A DNA stretch of 64,000 nt from positions 4,969-68,968 of IMG/VR virus record IMGVR_UViG_3300042344_000022; one strand, 5' to 3'. The translations under genes and the position numbers were made by a program. Positions 1 through 10,400 of the stretch are shown piece by piece. A model generated the notes under the pieces. It did no database searches. It was not told where the DNA came from and saw only the letters and a program-made list of their open reading frames with translations. Each line of letters opens with the position of its first letter. The first letter of the stretch is position 1. This DNA is from a virus.

Positions 1-2
1 GT

Positions 3-638
3 GCTTCTGGATTACATGCTGCCGTTACTAACGAAGGTGATATGTCATTCTTAAACGAAAAGGGTGATATGTACCACGAAACAAAAGACGGTAAGGCAGA
101 TCAGAAGTATGCCAGCGGTGGTAAAGAAGTTAAGATTATGCACAAAGATGGTAAGACAGATCATACCGCCGACGAAGAAATCACCACAAAATCTACTAAT
201 AAAGGTATTACTACAACCGCCAAGCAAGACATTACTACTAAGTCGGAGTCAGGTGGTATTCAAATGAAAGCCGATGCTGGTTCTATTTCGGCACAAGCAC
301 AACAGAATATTGAAGTTAAGTCACAACAAGATACCCACGTTATTGCACAGGGTCATGCTGCTATTGAAGGCTCAAGTGGCACTACAGTCGGTAATGCTAC
401 CGCTACCACTAACGTTGTAGGTGGTGCATCTGGTGTTAATATTGATCCACTTGGTGGTCTATTGAACCTAGCAGGCGGTGGCGGCCAGGCCTTCGGTGGT
501 CTTGGGCAGCTATCATTTAACTTCCTAACAGGTGATCAGGCAACTGGTATTCAAGATAGACAAGCAACTAGAGCAAATCAGCCACAGGCAGAAGCCGACG
601 CTTCCGCTTGGATCAATGCTCTTGATAGAACGGCATAA
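3..638 (+). CDS. Probable baseplate hub/spike gp5, C-terminal beta-helix part (5'-truncated by the window edge)
   Basis: Frame is open from nt 3, upstream of the ATG at 42. Short periodic beta-strand repeats (ITTKSTNKGITTTAKQDITTKSESGGIQMKA). Lies directly upstream of gp25. Confidence 0.55.
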   Translation, partial: ASGLHAAVTNEGDMSFLNEKGDMYHETKDGKADQKYASGGKEVKIMHKDGKTDHTADEEITTKSTNKGITTTAKQDITTKSESGGIQMKADAGSISAQAQQNIEVKSQQDTHVIAQGHAAIEGSSGTTVGNATATTNVVGGASGVNIDPLGGLLNLAGGGGQAFGGLGQLSFNFLTGDQATGIQDRQATRANQPQAEADASAWINALDRTA

Positions 639-641
639 ATA
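634..641 (+). promoter_or_regulatory. T4-type late promoter (CATAAATA)
   Basis: TAAATA core overlapping the upstream stop codon, ~20 nt before the gp25 start. Confidence 0.65.
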
Positions 642-661
642 TAATAAACTAGAGGACCTCT

Positions 662-1066
662 ATGTCAGTCAATCAGGTAAATAGACAGCCAGATTATTCA
701 GACCTTGATTTGGATTTTTTCAGAAATCCATCAACTAATGACGTTACCCGCAAGGTGGGTGATGAGTCAATTAAACGTGCTGTTCGTAATCTAATATTGA
801 CTAACTATAATGAGCGCCCATTTCAGAGTTATATTGGTTCTGATGTTAGAAGATTACTATTTGAACCAATGACCTCTTTTACTGCTATTCAGTTACAGAA
901 GGCCATTAAACTATGTATTGAGAACTTTGAGCCACGAGTTAAGTTACAGGCAGTTGATGTAACCGCTGATATTGATAATAACGGGTTCAATGTTCGCTTG
1001 CAGTATATTATTCTGAATAGAGACCTACCAGTAACAACAACAATATTCCTTGAAAGGATTCGTTAA
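662..1066 (+). CDS. gp25: Baseplate wedge subunit gp25
   Basis: YSDLDLDF, SIKRAVRNLILTNYNERPF and IENFEPRV motifs; ends FLERIR; GAGGA RBS. Confidence 0.93.
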   Translation: MSVNQVNRQPDYSDLDLDFFRNPSTNDVTRKVGDESIKRAVRNLILTNYNERPFQSYIGSDVRRLLFEPMTSFTAIQLQKAIKLCIENFEPRVKLQAVDVTADIDNNGFNVRLQYIILNRDLPVTTTIFLERIR

Positions 1067-1071
1067 GAGCC

Positions 1072-3156
1072 ATGGCAAGTTCCAACAATATACTTAGAGT
1101 TGCGGATCTAGACTTCTTCTCTATTCGCAATAATCTAAAAGAGTATCTCCGCAGTCAGAATACTTTTCAAGATTATGACTTTGAGGGTTCTGGTATGTCT
1201 GTAATGCTAGACATTCTGGCATACAATACCTATTACAATTCATATTACTTGAATATGGCTGCTAACGAAGCCTTTCTTGATACGGCGCAGCTTAGAAAGA
1301 ACATCGTATCACACGCCAAGGTGATCAACTATGTGCCTATGTCTATGCGTGGTGCAGAGGCTATGGTAAATGTTGTTGTCACACCAGGTCCCGATGAAGA
1401 TCAGATCATCAATTATATTACACTAGACAAATGGACAACCTTTCTTGGTGCTGATAAGGAACAAGTTAATTACCCATTCGTTGCAATACATTCTAATACC
1501 GCATATAAGAGCAACGGTTCATTTGTGTTCAGCAATGTAGTTGTTAGACAGGGTGAGGCTGTTACAATGCAGTTCCCAGTGCTGGCTAATAACACATCAA
1601 GACGCTTTCAGATTCCATCTTCTAACGTCGATACATCAACTCTAACTATTTCAGTTCAGGAGTCCGCATCAAATACTACCACAACTGAATATGTATTAGC
1701 CGCTGACATTTCAGAAATTCAAGCTAACTCTACGGTATATTTCATCGAAGAAGATCAGGACTCATATTACACAGTTTATTTTGGTGATAACTACATCGGT
1801 AAGAGACCTTCTAATGGCTCTATCGTTATTGCAACTTATCTTGATACTGTAGGTCCTAGAGGCAACAATATTTCAAGAATTGGTCTATCTGACGCTGACG
1901 GTATTGCAGGATTCAGTAGCAATGTTAGAGTTACAGTAACAAGCGCCTCTGCTGGTGGTTCTGATAAAGAAACGGTAGAACAGGTTCGTTTCCGTTCTAC
2001 TAACTATTACACCTCACAAAATCGTGCTGTTACCTCTGGTGACTATGAAGCACTCGTTACTAAAGACTTCCCTAACATTGAAGCTGTTTCTGTTTGGGGT
2101 GGTGAAGATAATGATCCTATCGTATATGGTAAAGTGTTCATGTCTCTCAAGACCAAGGGTTATTATACACTAACCAATCTAGAAAAAGAAACAATTAAAA
2201 ATAGCCTTGTTGAAAATCGCAACGTTCTAACTGTTAAGCCAGATATCGTCGATCCTGAATATGCATTCGTTCTTATTCGTGGTAAGGTTAGATATAATCC
2301 TAACTTGACAACTAGAACACAAGGGCAAATTCTAAATCTAATCAAAGAAGCTATCTACAATTACGCCACACAGGAACTATACACATTCAAATCAACTTTT
2401 AAGTTGTCTAAGATGCAGTATTATATTGAACAGTCAGAAGCATCTATTACATCTTCTGATATCGATATCTTCCTACAACGCCGTGTCAAGATGGAGATTG
2501 GCGGAACTAATACATATGTTATTAGCTTTAACACACCGCTTCGTAAGGGTGACTATGCGTTCAAGCTAAACACATATCCAACTCTTAAAGTAAAAGACTC
2601 CGCAGCTATTCAGCGTGACGTATTCATTGAAGAAACTCCAGAGTCCTATACTGGTATTGATTCGGTATCAATTCTAAATCCTGGTGTTAATTATACTAGC
2701 AAACCAACACTAACAATTACTGGTGACGGTTCTGGTGGTGAAGTTGAGCCAGTCATCGTCAATGGACGTTTTGTTTCTGTCCGAGTTATAAACCCTGGTA
2801 TTAATTACACCAGAGCGTTCGTTGAGATTACCGACAGTCAGGGTTCTGGCGCAGTTCTAGCAGTTAACCTAAGATCAACAACAGGAACACTAAGAACATA
2901 TTACTATAAGCCAAACGGTGAAAAGGTTATCGTTAATGCAGCAGCAGGCACTATTGATTATCTAACTGGTAAAATTATTCTAGATACATTGACACCTATT
3001 TCAATGCCAGCAAACGATTTCTATGATCAAGACGTTCTTACAATTAACGTTGTTCCTGAACAGGGCGTTATTGTTCCTCTGAGAAATCGTATTCTCGCTA
3101 TTGACACTAACAACATACAGGCAATTCAGCTAGACATGGTAGCCGAAACAGCATGA
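1072..3156 (+). CDS. gp6: Baseplate wedge subunit gp6
   Basis: LDFFSIRNNLKEYL, FQDYDFEGSGMSVMLDILAYNTYY, QNRAVTSGDY, VWGGEDNDP..YGKVF motifs. Confidence 0.95.
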   Translation: MASSNNILRVADLDFFSIRNNLKEYLRSQNTFQDYDFEGSGMSVMLDILAYNTYYNSYYLNMAANEAFLDTAQLRKNIVSHAKVINYVPMSMRGAEAMVNVVVTPGPDEDQIINYITLDKWTTFLGADKEQVNYPFVAIHSNTAYKSNGSFVFSNVVVRQGEAVTMQFPVLANNTSRRFQIPSSNVDTSTLTISVQESASNTTTTEYVLAADISEIQANSTVYFIEEDQDSYYTVYFGDNYIGKRPSNGSIVIATYLDTVGPRGNNISRIGLSDADGIAGFSSNVRVTVTSASAGGSDKETVEQVRFRSTNYYTSQNRAVTSGDYEALVTKDFPNIEAVSVWGGEDNDPIVYGKVFMSLKTKGYYTLTNLEKETIKNSLVENRNVLTVKPDIVDPEYAFVLIRGKVRYNPNLTTRTQGQILNLIKEAIYNYATQELYTFKSTFKLSKMQYYIEQSEASITSSDIDIFLQRRVKMEIGGTNTYVISFNTPLRKGDYAFKLNTYPTLKVKDSAAIQRDVFIEETPESYTGIDSVSILNPGVNYTSKPTLTITGDGSGGEVEPVIVNGRFVSVRVINPGINYTRAFVEITDSQGSGAVLAVNLRSTTGTLRTYYYKPNGEKVIVNAAAGTIDYLTGKIILDTLTPISMPANDFYDQDVLTINVVPEQGVIVPLRNRILAIDTNNIQAIQLDMVAETA

Positions 3157-6089
3157 CCGATAAAATCGATAACAAAACATCTATACTAGTTAAGTCACAG
3201 GTACCTGATTTCGTCAGAGCCGACCATGAGTTGTTTGTTCAATTCATGGAGCATTATTATAAGTTCTTAGAACAAGACGGACAGCTACAGTATGTCACTA
3301 AAAACTTTCCTCGCTTTCTTGATATTGATGAAATCAAGATGGATATCGATCATGATATACAAGAAGGTGAAGAACATTATATTGAAGAAGAAAGTGACTA
3401 TCATGCCTTCCTACAGAAGCTATACGATAATTACACAGCACTAATTCCTGACAGTATTCTAGCTGATAAGGTCGTGTTGCTAAAACATGCCAAGGAGTTT
3501 TATCGTACCCGTGGTTCAGAGAAGTCAATTCGCTTTCTTATGCGAGCCCTGTATAACCAGGATATTGATTTCTATTATCCTAAAGATGATATTCTTCGTG
3601 CGTCAGATGGTAAATGGTTCGTAGAAAGATCACTAAACGTTAAAGACTTTGCGGTCGATAATGTTGCCAACAGTTCTGCATATTCTCTGTTTATCGGTAG
3701 AACAATTCGTGGTGCTAATTCTAATTCTACTTGTACCGTTGAAACTGCCGATCAGTATTATGATAACGGTGTTCTAGTCACAGAACTTAAAGTTTCCGCA
3801 GTTGAACAGGACTTTGAAAACGGTGAAGAAATCTTCACGTTCTATGATGACAACGGCCTAGTCAAGAGACTGTCTTGTAATCTATTCTCTGGTCAGATTT
3901 ACACCGTTACAGTAACAAACCCTGGTTCAGGATACGTTCAAGGTTCTGCTGTTCCTATTAGTAGTAATAGTGGTTCTGGTGGTCTTGTCGTTATCTCTAA
4001 AGTTATTAGAGCATATCTTGAAGGTAAGATTAGATCGGTTGAGGTTACTCTACCAGGTGCTGGCTTTAGAGCAAACGACGCATTGCTATTCACTGGCGGT
4101 GGTGGTCGTGACGCCGCTGCTAACATCTTCGTTGTTAATGAGGACGAGACATATCATCCTTCTAGCTATGATATTATCGGTACTAGAATTATCGATGTTG
4201 CTAATAATGTAATCGCAAACACTCTAAACGTTAATCAGAGTGAAGCCTATACCAATATGGCTAACATCTATGTCAATACATCAAATCTCATTATCTCGAC
4301 AGGTATCGGTCCTGCAACAACTGTTAACCTAGATTATTGGGCATCTAATTCAAATGTTTATTTTGAGACTGGTGACGTTATCATGGCTAACAATGAGTTT
4401 GTTACAATTACTAGTAGTAATACAAAATCAAATATTATTACAGTATCACCAGCACTATCAGGAAATATTGGTGGTTACTCTTTCGATATCTATAAGAAGC
4501 CTAACGCCAATACAGTAGTAGCCAATTCTATGATATATTGGCAGTATGCAAACTGCGGTCCTGTTCTTTCTGTTAAGATTACAAACCCAGGTCTAGGTTA
4601 TTACGAACTACCATCAGTTGACGTTCTCTCTAATACCTTTGTTCGTTCTATGGGTATTCTTGGTAGAATGGAAATTGCAAACGGTGGATTCGGCTATGTT
4701 GTCGGTGATATTCTAGAGTTCAATAACAGATATGGATATTATGGTGAAGGTGCTAATGGTGTCGTTACAATCGTCGATTCCAATGGTTCAATCCAGCAAG
4801 TATCATTTACACCTCGCACAGGTTACACAATCGGCGGTTCAGGATATATACAGTCTGCACTACCTAACGTTTCTGTTATCTCACAAAACGTCAATGCATA
4901 TGGTGCGAATGTTCAAGCGGTGGCAATTATCGGTGACGGTGAATTACTTGAAGCCACATCAAATATCATTGGTGGTATTGAGCAGTTGCGTGTTCTATCT
5001 CGTGGTGCTGGATATCAACCAAACACAACTCTAAATCTTTCTACACAGGGCGACGGTCTAGCACAGGCAGATATTACAGTTATCACTGGTATCTATACAT
5101 ACCCAGGCCGTTATGTCAATGATGATGGTCATCTATCTGGCTATAACTTCCTACAGGATCGTGATTATTATCAGCCTTATTCATATGTCATTAAGTCTGA
5201 CACATCGCTTGAGAAATACAGAAAGTCAATCAAAGAACTTTCACATCCTGCTGGTATGAAGCTATTCGGTCAGCATGTTTATAGAAGTGAAACCGAAAGA
5301 TATGATATCAACGTGGCAGCCAATGTTGTTAACACATATATCACAACAGACATTGCATATCAAAATCTAATTCTAAAATTTGCTACATCAAATGGCTCAA
5401 GTTATGTTCCTACAGGAAACTTTGCATATCTAACATATGACACAAGAAGAGGAACAACAAACACCGCAGCCAATGTTGGCAACGTGATATATGATACTCA
5501 GAACATTTGGTACAATGCTGCTAATACTCAGCAATACGCCAATCTCAAAGCTAACACTTACTTTGCATCAGCTGGCTTGCGTGTAATGGGTATCTACAGT
5601 AATGGTGGTGCTATCATGTCACATGCCAATACTATGAATGTTTCAAACGTCATTTCGGTTGCTGCATGGGTAAATCAGTCAAACGTTCTAGCATATAAGA
5701 CAATTCTAACAAAGAGTGATAAGTCAACCTCAGGATATGAATTGTATATGAACGGCAGCAACCCAACGATTGATATCTATCCATCGTCTGCTGATAACTC
5801 ACTAGTGATCACAACAGGTCTAGCAAATAATAGCTGGCAGTTTGTTGCATTTACATATGACGGTATTAATATCCGTGGTTACTCAAACGGCGCCTTTATG
5901 TCCATGTCGACAGGAACATCAACTGGTGTCACTGACTCTACACAACAACTAATGGTTGGTCGTCGCAGCGGCACACCACCTCTACCGTTTGAAGGCAAGA
6001 TTGCTTCTGTTGAGATATATAATAAAGTGCTTTCAAACAACGAAATTCAAACACTATTCAATAGAGACCGCCGTAGATACGGCTTATAA
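3153..6089 (+). CDS. gp7: Baseplate wedge initiator gp7-like protein with a C-terminal LamG/concanavalin-like domain
   Basis: N-terminal SQVPDFVRADHELFVQFMEHYYKFLE, FYRTRGSEKS, LRASDGKW; LQDRDYYQPYSYVIKS...HPAGMKLFG; LamG-like tail (WQFVAFTYDG, FEGKIASVEIYNKVLS). Sits between gp6 and gp8. Confidence 0.85.
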   Translation: MTDKIDNKTSILVKSQVPDFVRADHELFVQFMEHYYKFLEQDGQLQYVTKNFPRFLDIDEIKMDIDHDIQEGEEHYIEEESDYHAFLQKLYDNYTALIPDSILADKVVLLKHAKEFYRTRGSEKSIRFLMRALYNQDIDFYYPKDDILRASDGKWFVERSLNVKDFAVDNVANSSAYSLFIGRTIRGANSNSTCTVETADQYYDNGVLVTELKVSAVEQDFENGEEIFTFYDDNGLVKRLSCNLFSGQIYTVTVTNPGSGYVQGSAVPISSNSGSGGLVVISKVIRAYLEGKIRSVEVTLPGAGFRANDALLFTGGGGRDAAANIFVVNEDETYHPSSYDIIGTRIIDVANNVIANTLNVNQSEAYTNMANIYVNTSNLIISTGIGPATTVNLDYWASNSNVYFETGDVIMANNEFVTITSSNTKSNIITVSPALSGNIGGYSFDIYKKPNANTVVANSMIYWQYANCGPVLSVKITNPGLGYYELPSVDVLSNTFVRSMGILGRMEIANGGFGYVVGDILEFNNRYGYYGEGANGVVTIVDSNGSIQQVSFTPRTGYTIGGSGYIQSALPNVSVISQNVNAYGANVQAVAIIGDGELLEATSNIIGGIEQLRVLSRGAGYQPNTTLNLSTQGDGLAQADITVITGIYTYPGRYVNDDGHLSGYNFLQDRDYYQPYSYVIKSDTSLEKYRKSIKELSHPAGMKLFGQHVYRSETERYDINVAANVVNTYITTDIAYQNLILKFATSNGSSYVPTGNFAYLTYDTRRGTTNTAANVGNVIYDTQNIWYNAANTQQYANLKANTYFASAGLRVMGIYSNGGAIMSHANTMNVSNVISVAAWVNQSNVLAYKTILTKSDKSTSGYELYMNGSNPTIDIYPSSADNSLVITTGLANNSWQFVAFTYDGINIRGYSNGAFMSMSTGTSTGVTDSTQQLMVGRRSGTPPLPFEGKIASVEIYNKVLSNNEIQTLFNRDRRRYGL

Positions 6090-6092
6090 ATA
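6085..6092 (+). promoter_or_regulatory. T4-type late promoter (TATAAATA)
   Basis: Exact T4 late consensus overlapping the gp7 stop, upstream of gp8. Confidence 0.75.
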
Positions 6093-6112
6093 TTATCTAA
6101 AGAGAGAGAATA

Positions 6113-7444
6113 ATGGCTTCAGTTCGTTCTAAAGATTTTGGCATTTATGTTGCTAAACAGTTTCGTGAATCGGTTTCAGAACCATCAGGCGCTAATCTAT
6201 ATCTGACATTTGGTAGAGTGCAGCCATGGACAAACGATATCAGCCCACCACAAGCTAATACTTCCGAAGCTAGTGTTTATGAAGTATGGGATAATATGGT
6301 TGGTGGAAAGAGACTAACATCAAACGACATGAGACATGTTGTTCCTAGATTTGATTGGTCGAACAATACCGTTTATGTTGCTTACGATCATCTTACGGAT
6401 TCTAGATCATTAAAGAATCCAAACACAGCCTTCTATGTTCTCACTGATGATTTCAATGTTTATAAGTGCATTGCAAACAATTATGGTGCTGCTTCTACAG
6501 CTAAACCATCATCAACAAATCCAGCAGGTGTGTTCCAGACACCAGACAAGTATATCTGGAAGTATATGTATAGCTTGAGTGCAGAAGATCAGCAAAGATT
6601 TTTGACTAGTTCTTTCATGCCTATTAAAACTCTAGCTACTGACGATAACACTCTACAGTGGCAAGTTCAAGATGGTGCTGTTGATGGTGCTATTAATAGC
6701 ATTATTCTCACCAACAGAGGTTCGGGATATACTTCAAATCAGATTTCAGTAAATATTGCTGGTGATGGTTTGTTCGCCAATGCATTCGCTACACGCAATA
6801 CAACCACTTCACAAATTGACTCTATTACCATTGACAATAAAGGTGCTAGATATACCTTAGCAAATGTAACTATTAGTTCATCTGTCGGATCCGGTGCTAA
6901 TGCAAGAGTAATTATTAACCCACCAGGCGGCCATGGATCAGATCCTCTATATGAACTAGGCGGATCATATCTAATGATTGATACTCTTATCAAAAACCAA
7001 GAAGGTGGTGTTCTATCTGTAGAAAATGATTACAGACAGATTGCTATCATTGAAGATCCACGTAACTTCGATGAGACAAAAGTTATGTCTAATGCTGCCG
7101 TATCACAGTTGACAGTAATTACAATGGCCGAATCAGCCGTTACTACAAACTACTATGAAGATGAATGGGTATATCAGGGTTCTAGCCTAGCCAATTCTAC
7201 ATTCAGAGGCATTGTGGCTGCTTGGGATTACTCTAACGTTACAATCAAACTTACTAATGTAAGAGGCGTTCCTACATCCGATTTGCTAATCGGTGCAACA
7301 TCAACCACATCACGTTACGTTAACTCGGTTCTAAATCCTGAAATGCTACCATACTCAGGAAAACTATTATATATAGATAATATAGTACCAATCGAACGTT
7401 CAATTGACCAGAACGAAGAATACAAAATCCTACTAAGTTTCTAA
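6113..7444 (+). CDS. gp8: Baseplate wedge subunit gp8
   Basis: VVPRFDW, FYVLTDDFNVYKCIAN, DKYIWKYMY, PPGGHGSDP..ELG, NDYRQIAII.DP, YSGKLLYIDN. Confidence 0.93.
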   Translation: MASVRSKDFGIYVAKQFRESVSEPSGANLYLTFGRVQPWTNDISPPQANTSEASVYEVWDNMVGGKRLTSNDMRHVVPRFDWSNNTVYVAYDHLTDSRSLKNPNTAFYVLTDDFNVYKCIANNYGAASTAKPSSTNPAGVFQTPDKYIWKYMYSLSAEDQQRFLTSSFMPIKTLATDDNTLQWQVQDGAVDGAINSIILTNRGSGYTSNQISVNIAGDGLFANAFATRNTTTSQIDSITIDNKGARYTLANVTISSSVGSGANARVIINPPGGHGSDPLYELGGSYLMIDTLIKNQEGGVLSVENDYRQIAIIEDPRNFDETKVMSNAAVSQLTVITMAESAVTTNYYEDEWVYQGSSLANSTFRGIVAAWDYSNVTIKLTNVRGVPTSDLLIGATSTTSRYVNSVLNPEMLPYSGKLLYIDNIVPIERSIDQNEEYKILLSF

Positions 7445-7459
7445 GGGAAAGAATAGAAA

Positions 7460-10400
7460 ATGGCAAATACTGCTAACACAACTGCGCTAACCACAGACTT
7501 TAACGTTACACCTTATTATGACGATTATGATGCTAATAAGGGTTTCTATCGAATCCTATTCAAGCCAGGCTATGCAGTCCAGGCTAGAGAACTAACACAG
7601 ATTCAGACTTCCCTACAGGAACAAATTCAGCGTTTTGGTCGCAATATCTTCAAAGATGGTACAATCGTTCTCCCTGGCGCATTCTACCTAGAAACTAACG
7701 ATGGTCTAAATGCTGGTCGTGCTATTCGTTACGTTAAGATCAATGATACGGATTCAACTGGTAACACTGTTAGTGTGTCAGAATGGAACACTCTAATTGA
7801 ACAAGGCAAAGCAAATGGTAATACTCGCCTTGAGATTACTGGCGTTACATCGAACATTACAGCACAACTTATTCAGACACTAGACGGTGTTCAGTCATCC
7901 GCAAACTCTAAAACACTATACGTTGCTTATACATCAGCTTCACCAACTAATCCTACTCAAAAGGTATTCTTGCCAGGTGAAACACTAAGAGCAAACGTAA
8001 ATGGTGCAACTTATAGTGTAGTTGTTAAGAGCACCGACGCTGTTGCAAATACTGGCGTTGGTTCACGCTTTACTATTACATCAGGTGTTCTATTCGCTAA
8101 GAACCACTTTATTGCTTTCCCAGAACAGTCAATTGTTATTGATCGTTACAACCCAAACCCAACCGCAAGAGTTGGCTTCTACATTTCAGAAGAAATTGTA
8201 ACATCATCATCCGACGCATCACTACTAGATCCTGCACAGGAGGCATCAAACTTCTCTGCACCAGGTGCTGATCGTCTAAGACTAAATCCAGAACTACAGG
8301 TTGTCGGTATTGATGATACTGTAGATGTTCAGAACTTCGTAACTCTATTCACCATCGAAGCAGGACGTGTTAAGACATATCTAGCCAACACACAGTATTC
8401 ATATATCAATGATGCTATGGCTAAGAGAACATACGACAACTCTGGTGACTATGTTGTTAATGGTCTTGATATCACTGTTAAAGAGCATGACAATACAGGA
8501 TCTAACTATGGTCGTTACGACGATGGTAACAATAGCCTACTTTATGTTGGCGTGTCACCTGGCTCTGGCTATTGTCAGGGTTATCAAGTCGGCGCCCTAT
8601 CAACTTACGATCTATCAACTGACAAGGGTTTAACTTTCTCTAACGTTAACGGCCAGTATGCCGCTGCTACAATGGGGCAGTATGTAACTGTCAATGAACT
8701 TGTAGGTGGTTGGGAACTAAACAAAGCCAAGACAGTTGAACTATACAATACTGCACAGGATAGAATTAGCACCAAGAAGTGGTCAATCGCCACACAGACT
8801 GGTTCTAAGATTGGTTCTGCTACACTACTATCATATGAATATGTAAGCGGAACACCAGGCTATGACGCAAGATATAATGTATATCTAGCCGATGTTAAGA
8901 TGCTTGGCTCAAATACATTCTCAAGCGTAAGAAACATCTATGCTGCTGGCTCTGGTGTAAGTTCTCTAATGGGTGCTGATGTTATTCTTGATACATCAGG
9001 AAATGCAGTTCTTCAAAGAGTTCCAGATTCAACTCTACTCTATAGAACTGGTTCTGACTTTACCAAGACAATTCGTAGCGTTGGTGATATATCACAGACA
9101 GATACATCATTCATCTTTAATCAGACCGATGGTGTAGCTTCTACGGTTCAGGCAGCCTCAAACGGTGTATTCACTCTATCACTACCTTCTGGTATTGAAA
9201 AGTTCCCATTCGGCTCAACTACACTATCTGCTAGTGCTGCACAGGGAATCTATCTAACATTCAACCAGACATCTGGCGGTGCTAACGTTGCTGCTATTAC
9301 ACAGACTGGTACCGCTGCATCTGGTGCTGGTACTACACAGCTAGTTGGTCTAGGTACAAGATTCCAGAGACTAAACGTTGGTGATAAGATCCAGCTATCT
9401 GGTAATGGTAATTTCTATTACGTTACAGCAATCGCCAACAATCTATATCTAACTGTTGATTCCGCTCTACCAGCCGTTGTTTCAACAAATACCATTTCTA
9501 AGATTTATAAGTCTGGTGACTTGATCACTCTAACAGGTATTGGTTCTGATGCTGGCTCACAGCGCACAATTACCGCAACTGATACAACTCTAAGATTTGA
9601 TCTTAAAGAAACATTCCCAAGCGTGTTCTATGTCACAGTATCTTACCCAATTGTAAGATCAGGCGCTCTTGAAATTGAAAAGAACCTAAACATTAGCCGT
9701 TATGTTAAGATCAATTGTGCTAACAACGTTGCTGGCATTGTAGGTCCTTATGATCTAGGCTTCTCTGATGTTTATCGTATCAGAAGCATTAGAGCCAGAA
9801 CTGATGGTGTTTATCCAACATCAAACACAAACGGTTCTAATGTTATGTCATCTTTCGTGTTCAGCAATGGTCAGAAAGATACGCATTATGATCACGCAAC
9901 AATTACTCCTACAGTTACACTAGACACAAACACAAGACTGCTAGTAGAGTTGGATTACTTCACACCTGATTTCACTAATCGTGGTGGTTACTTCTCTATT
10001 GACTCATACCCAATTGAAGATGATGACACTCTATTTGATCCAACTACTGATATCAGAACAGAAAATGTTCCGATCTTTAAGTCACCAATCAATGGTGCAT
10101 CATATGATCTAAGAAACTGCCTAGACTTTAGACCAGTTAAGGCTGCGTCTGTAACTGGCTCCACAACTGTAGCTGGTGCTCCTGTCAACCCAGCAGTAAC
10201 TACGACATTCAACTACCCTGCTACTGGTATGAAGTTCCCAGTGCCATCATCATTGATCACTTATGACTTCTATTACTATCTCGGTAGAACTGACTTGGTT
10301 GTAGTTGATAAAGACAGCAACTTCCAGATCATTAAGGGTATCCCAAGCATCAATCCACAGATGCCACAGATTTATCCTGGCTCTATGGCTCTTGCTTCTA

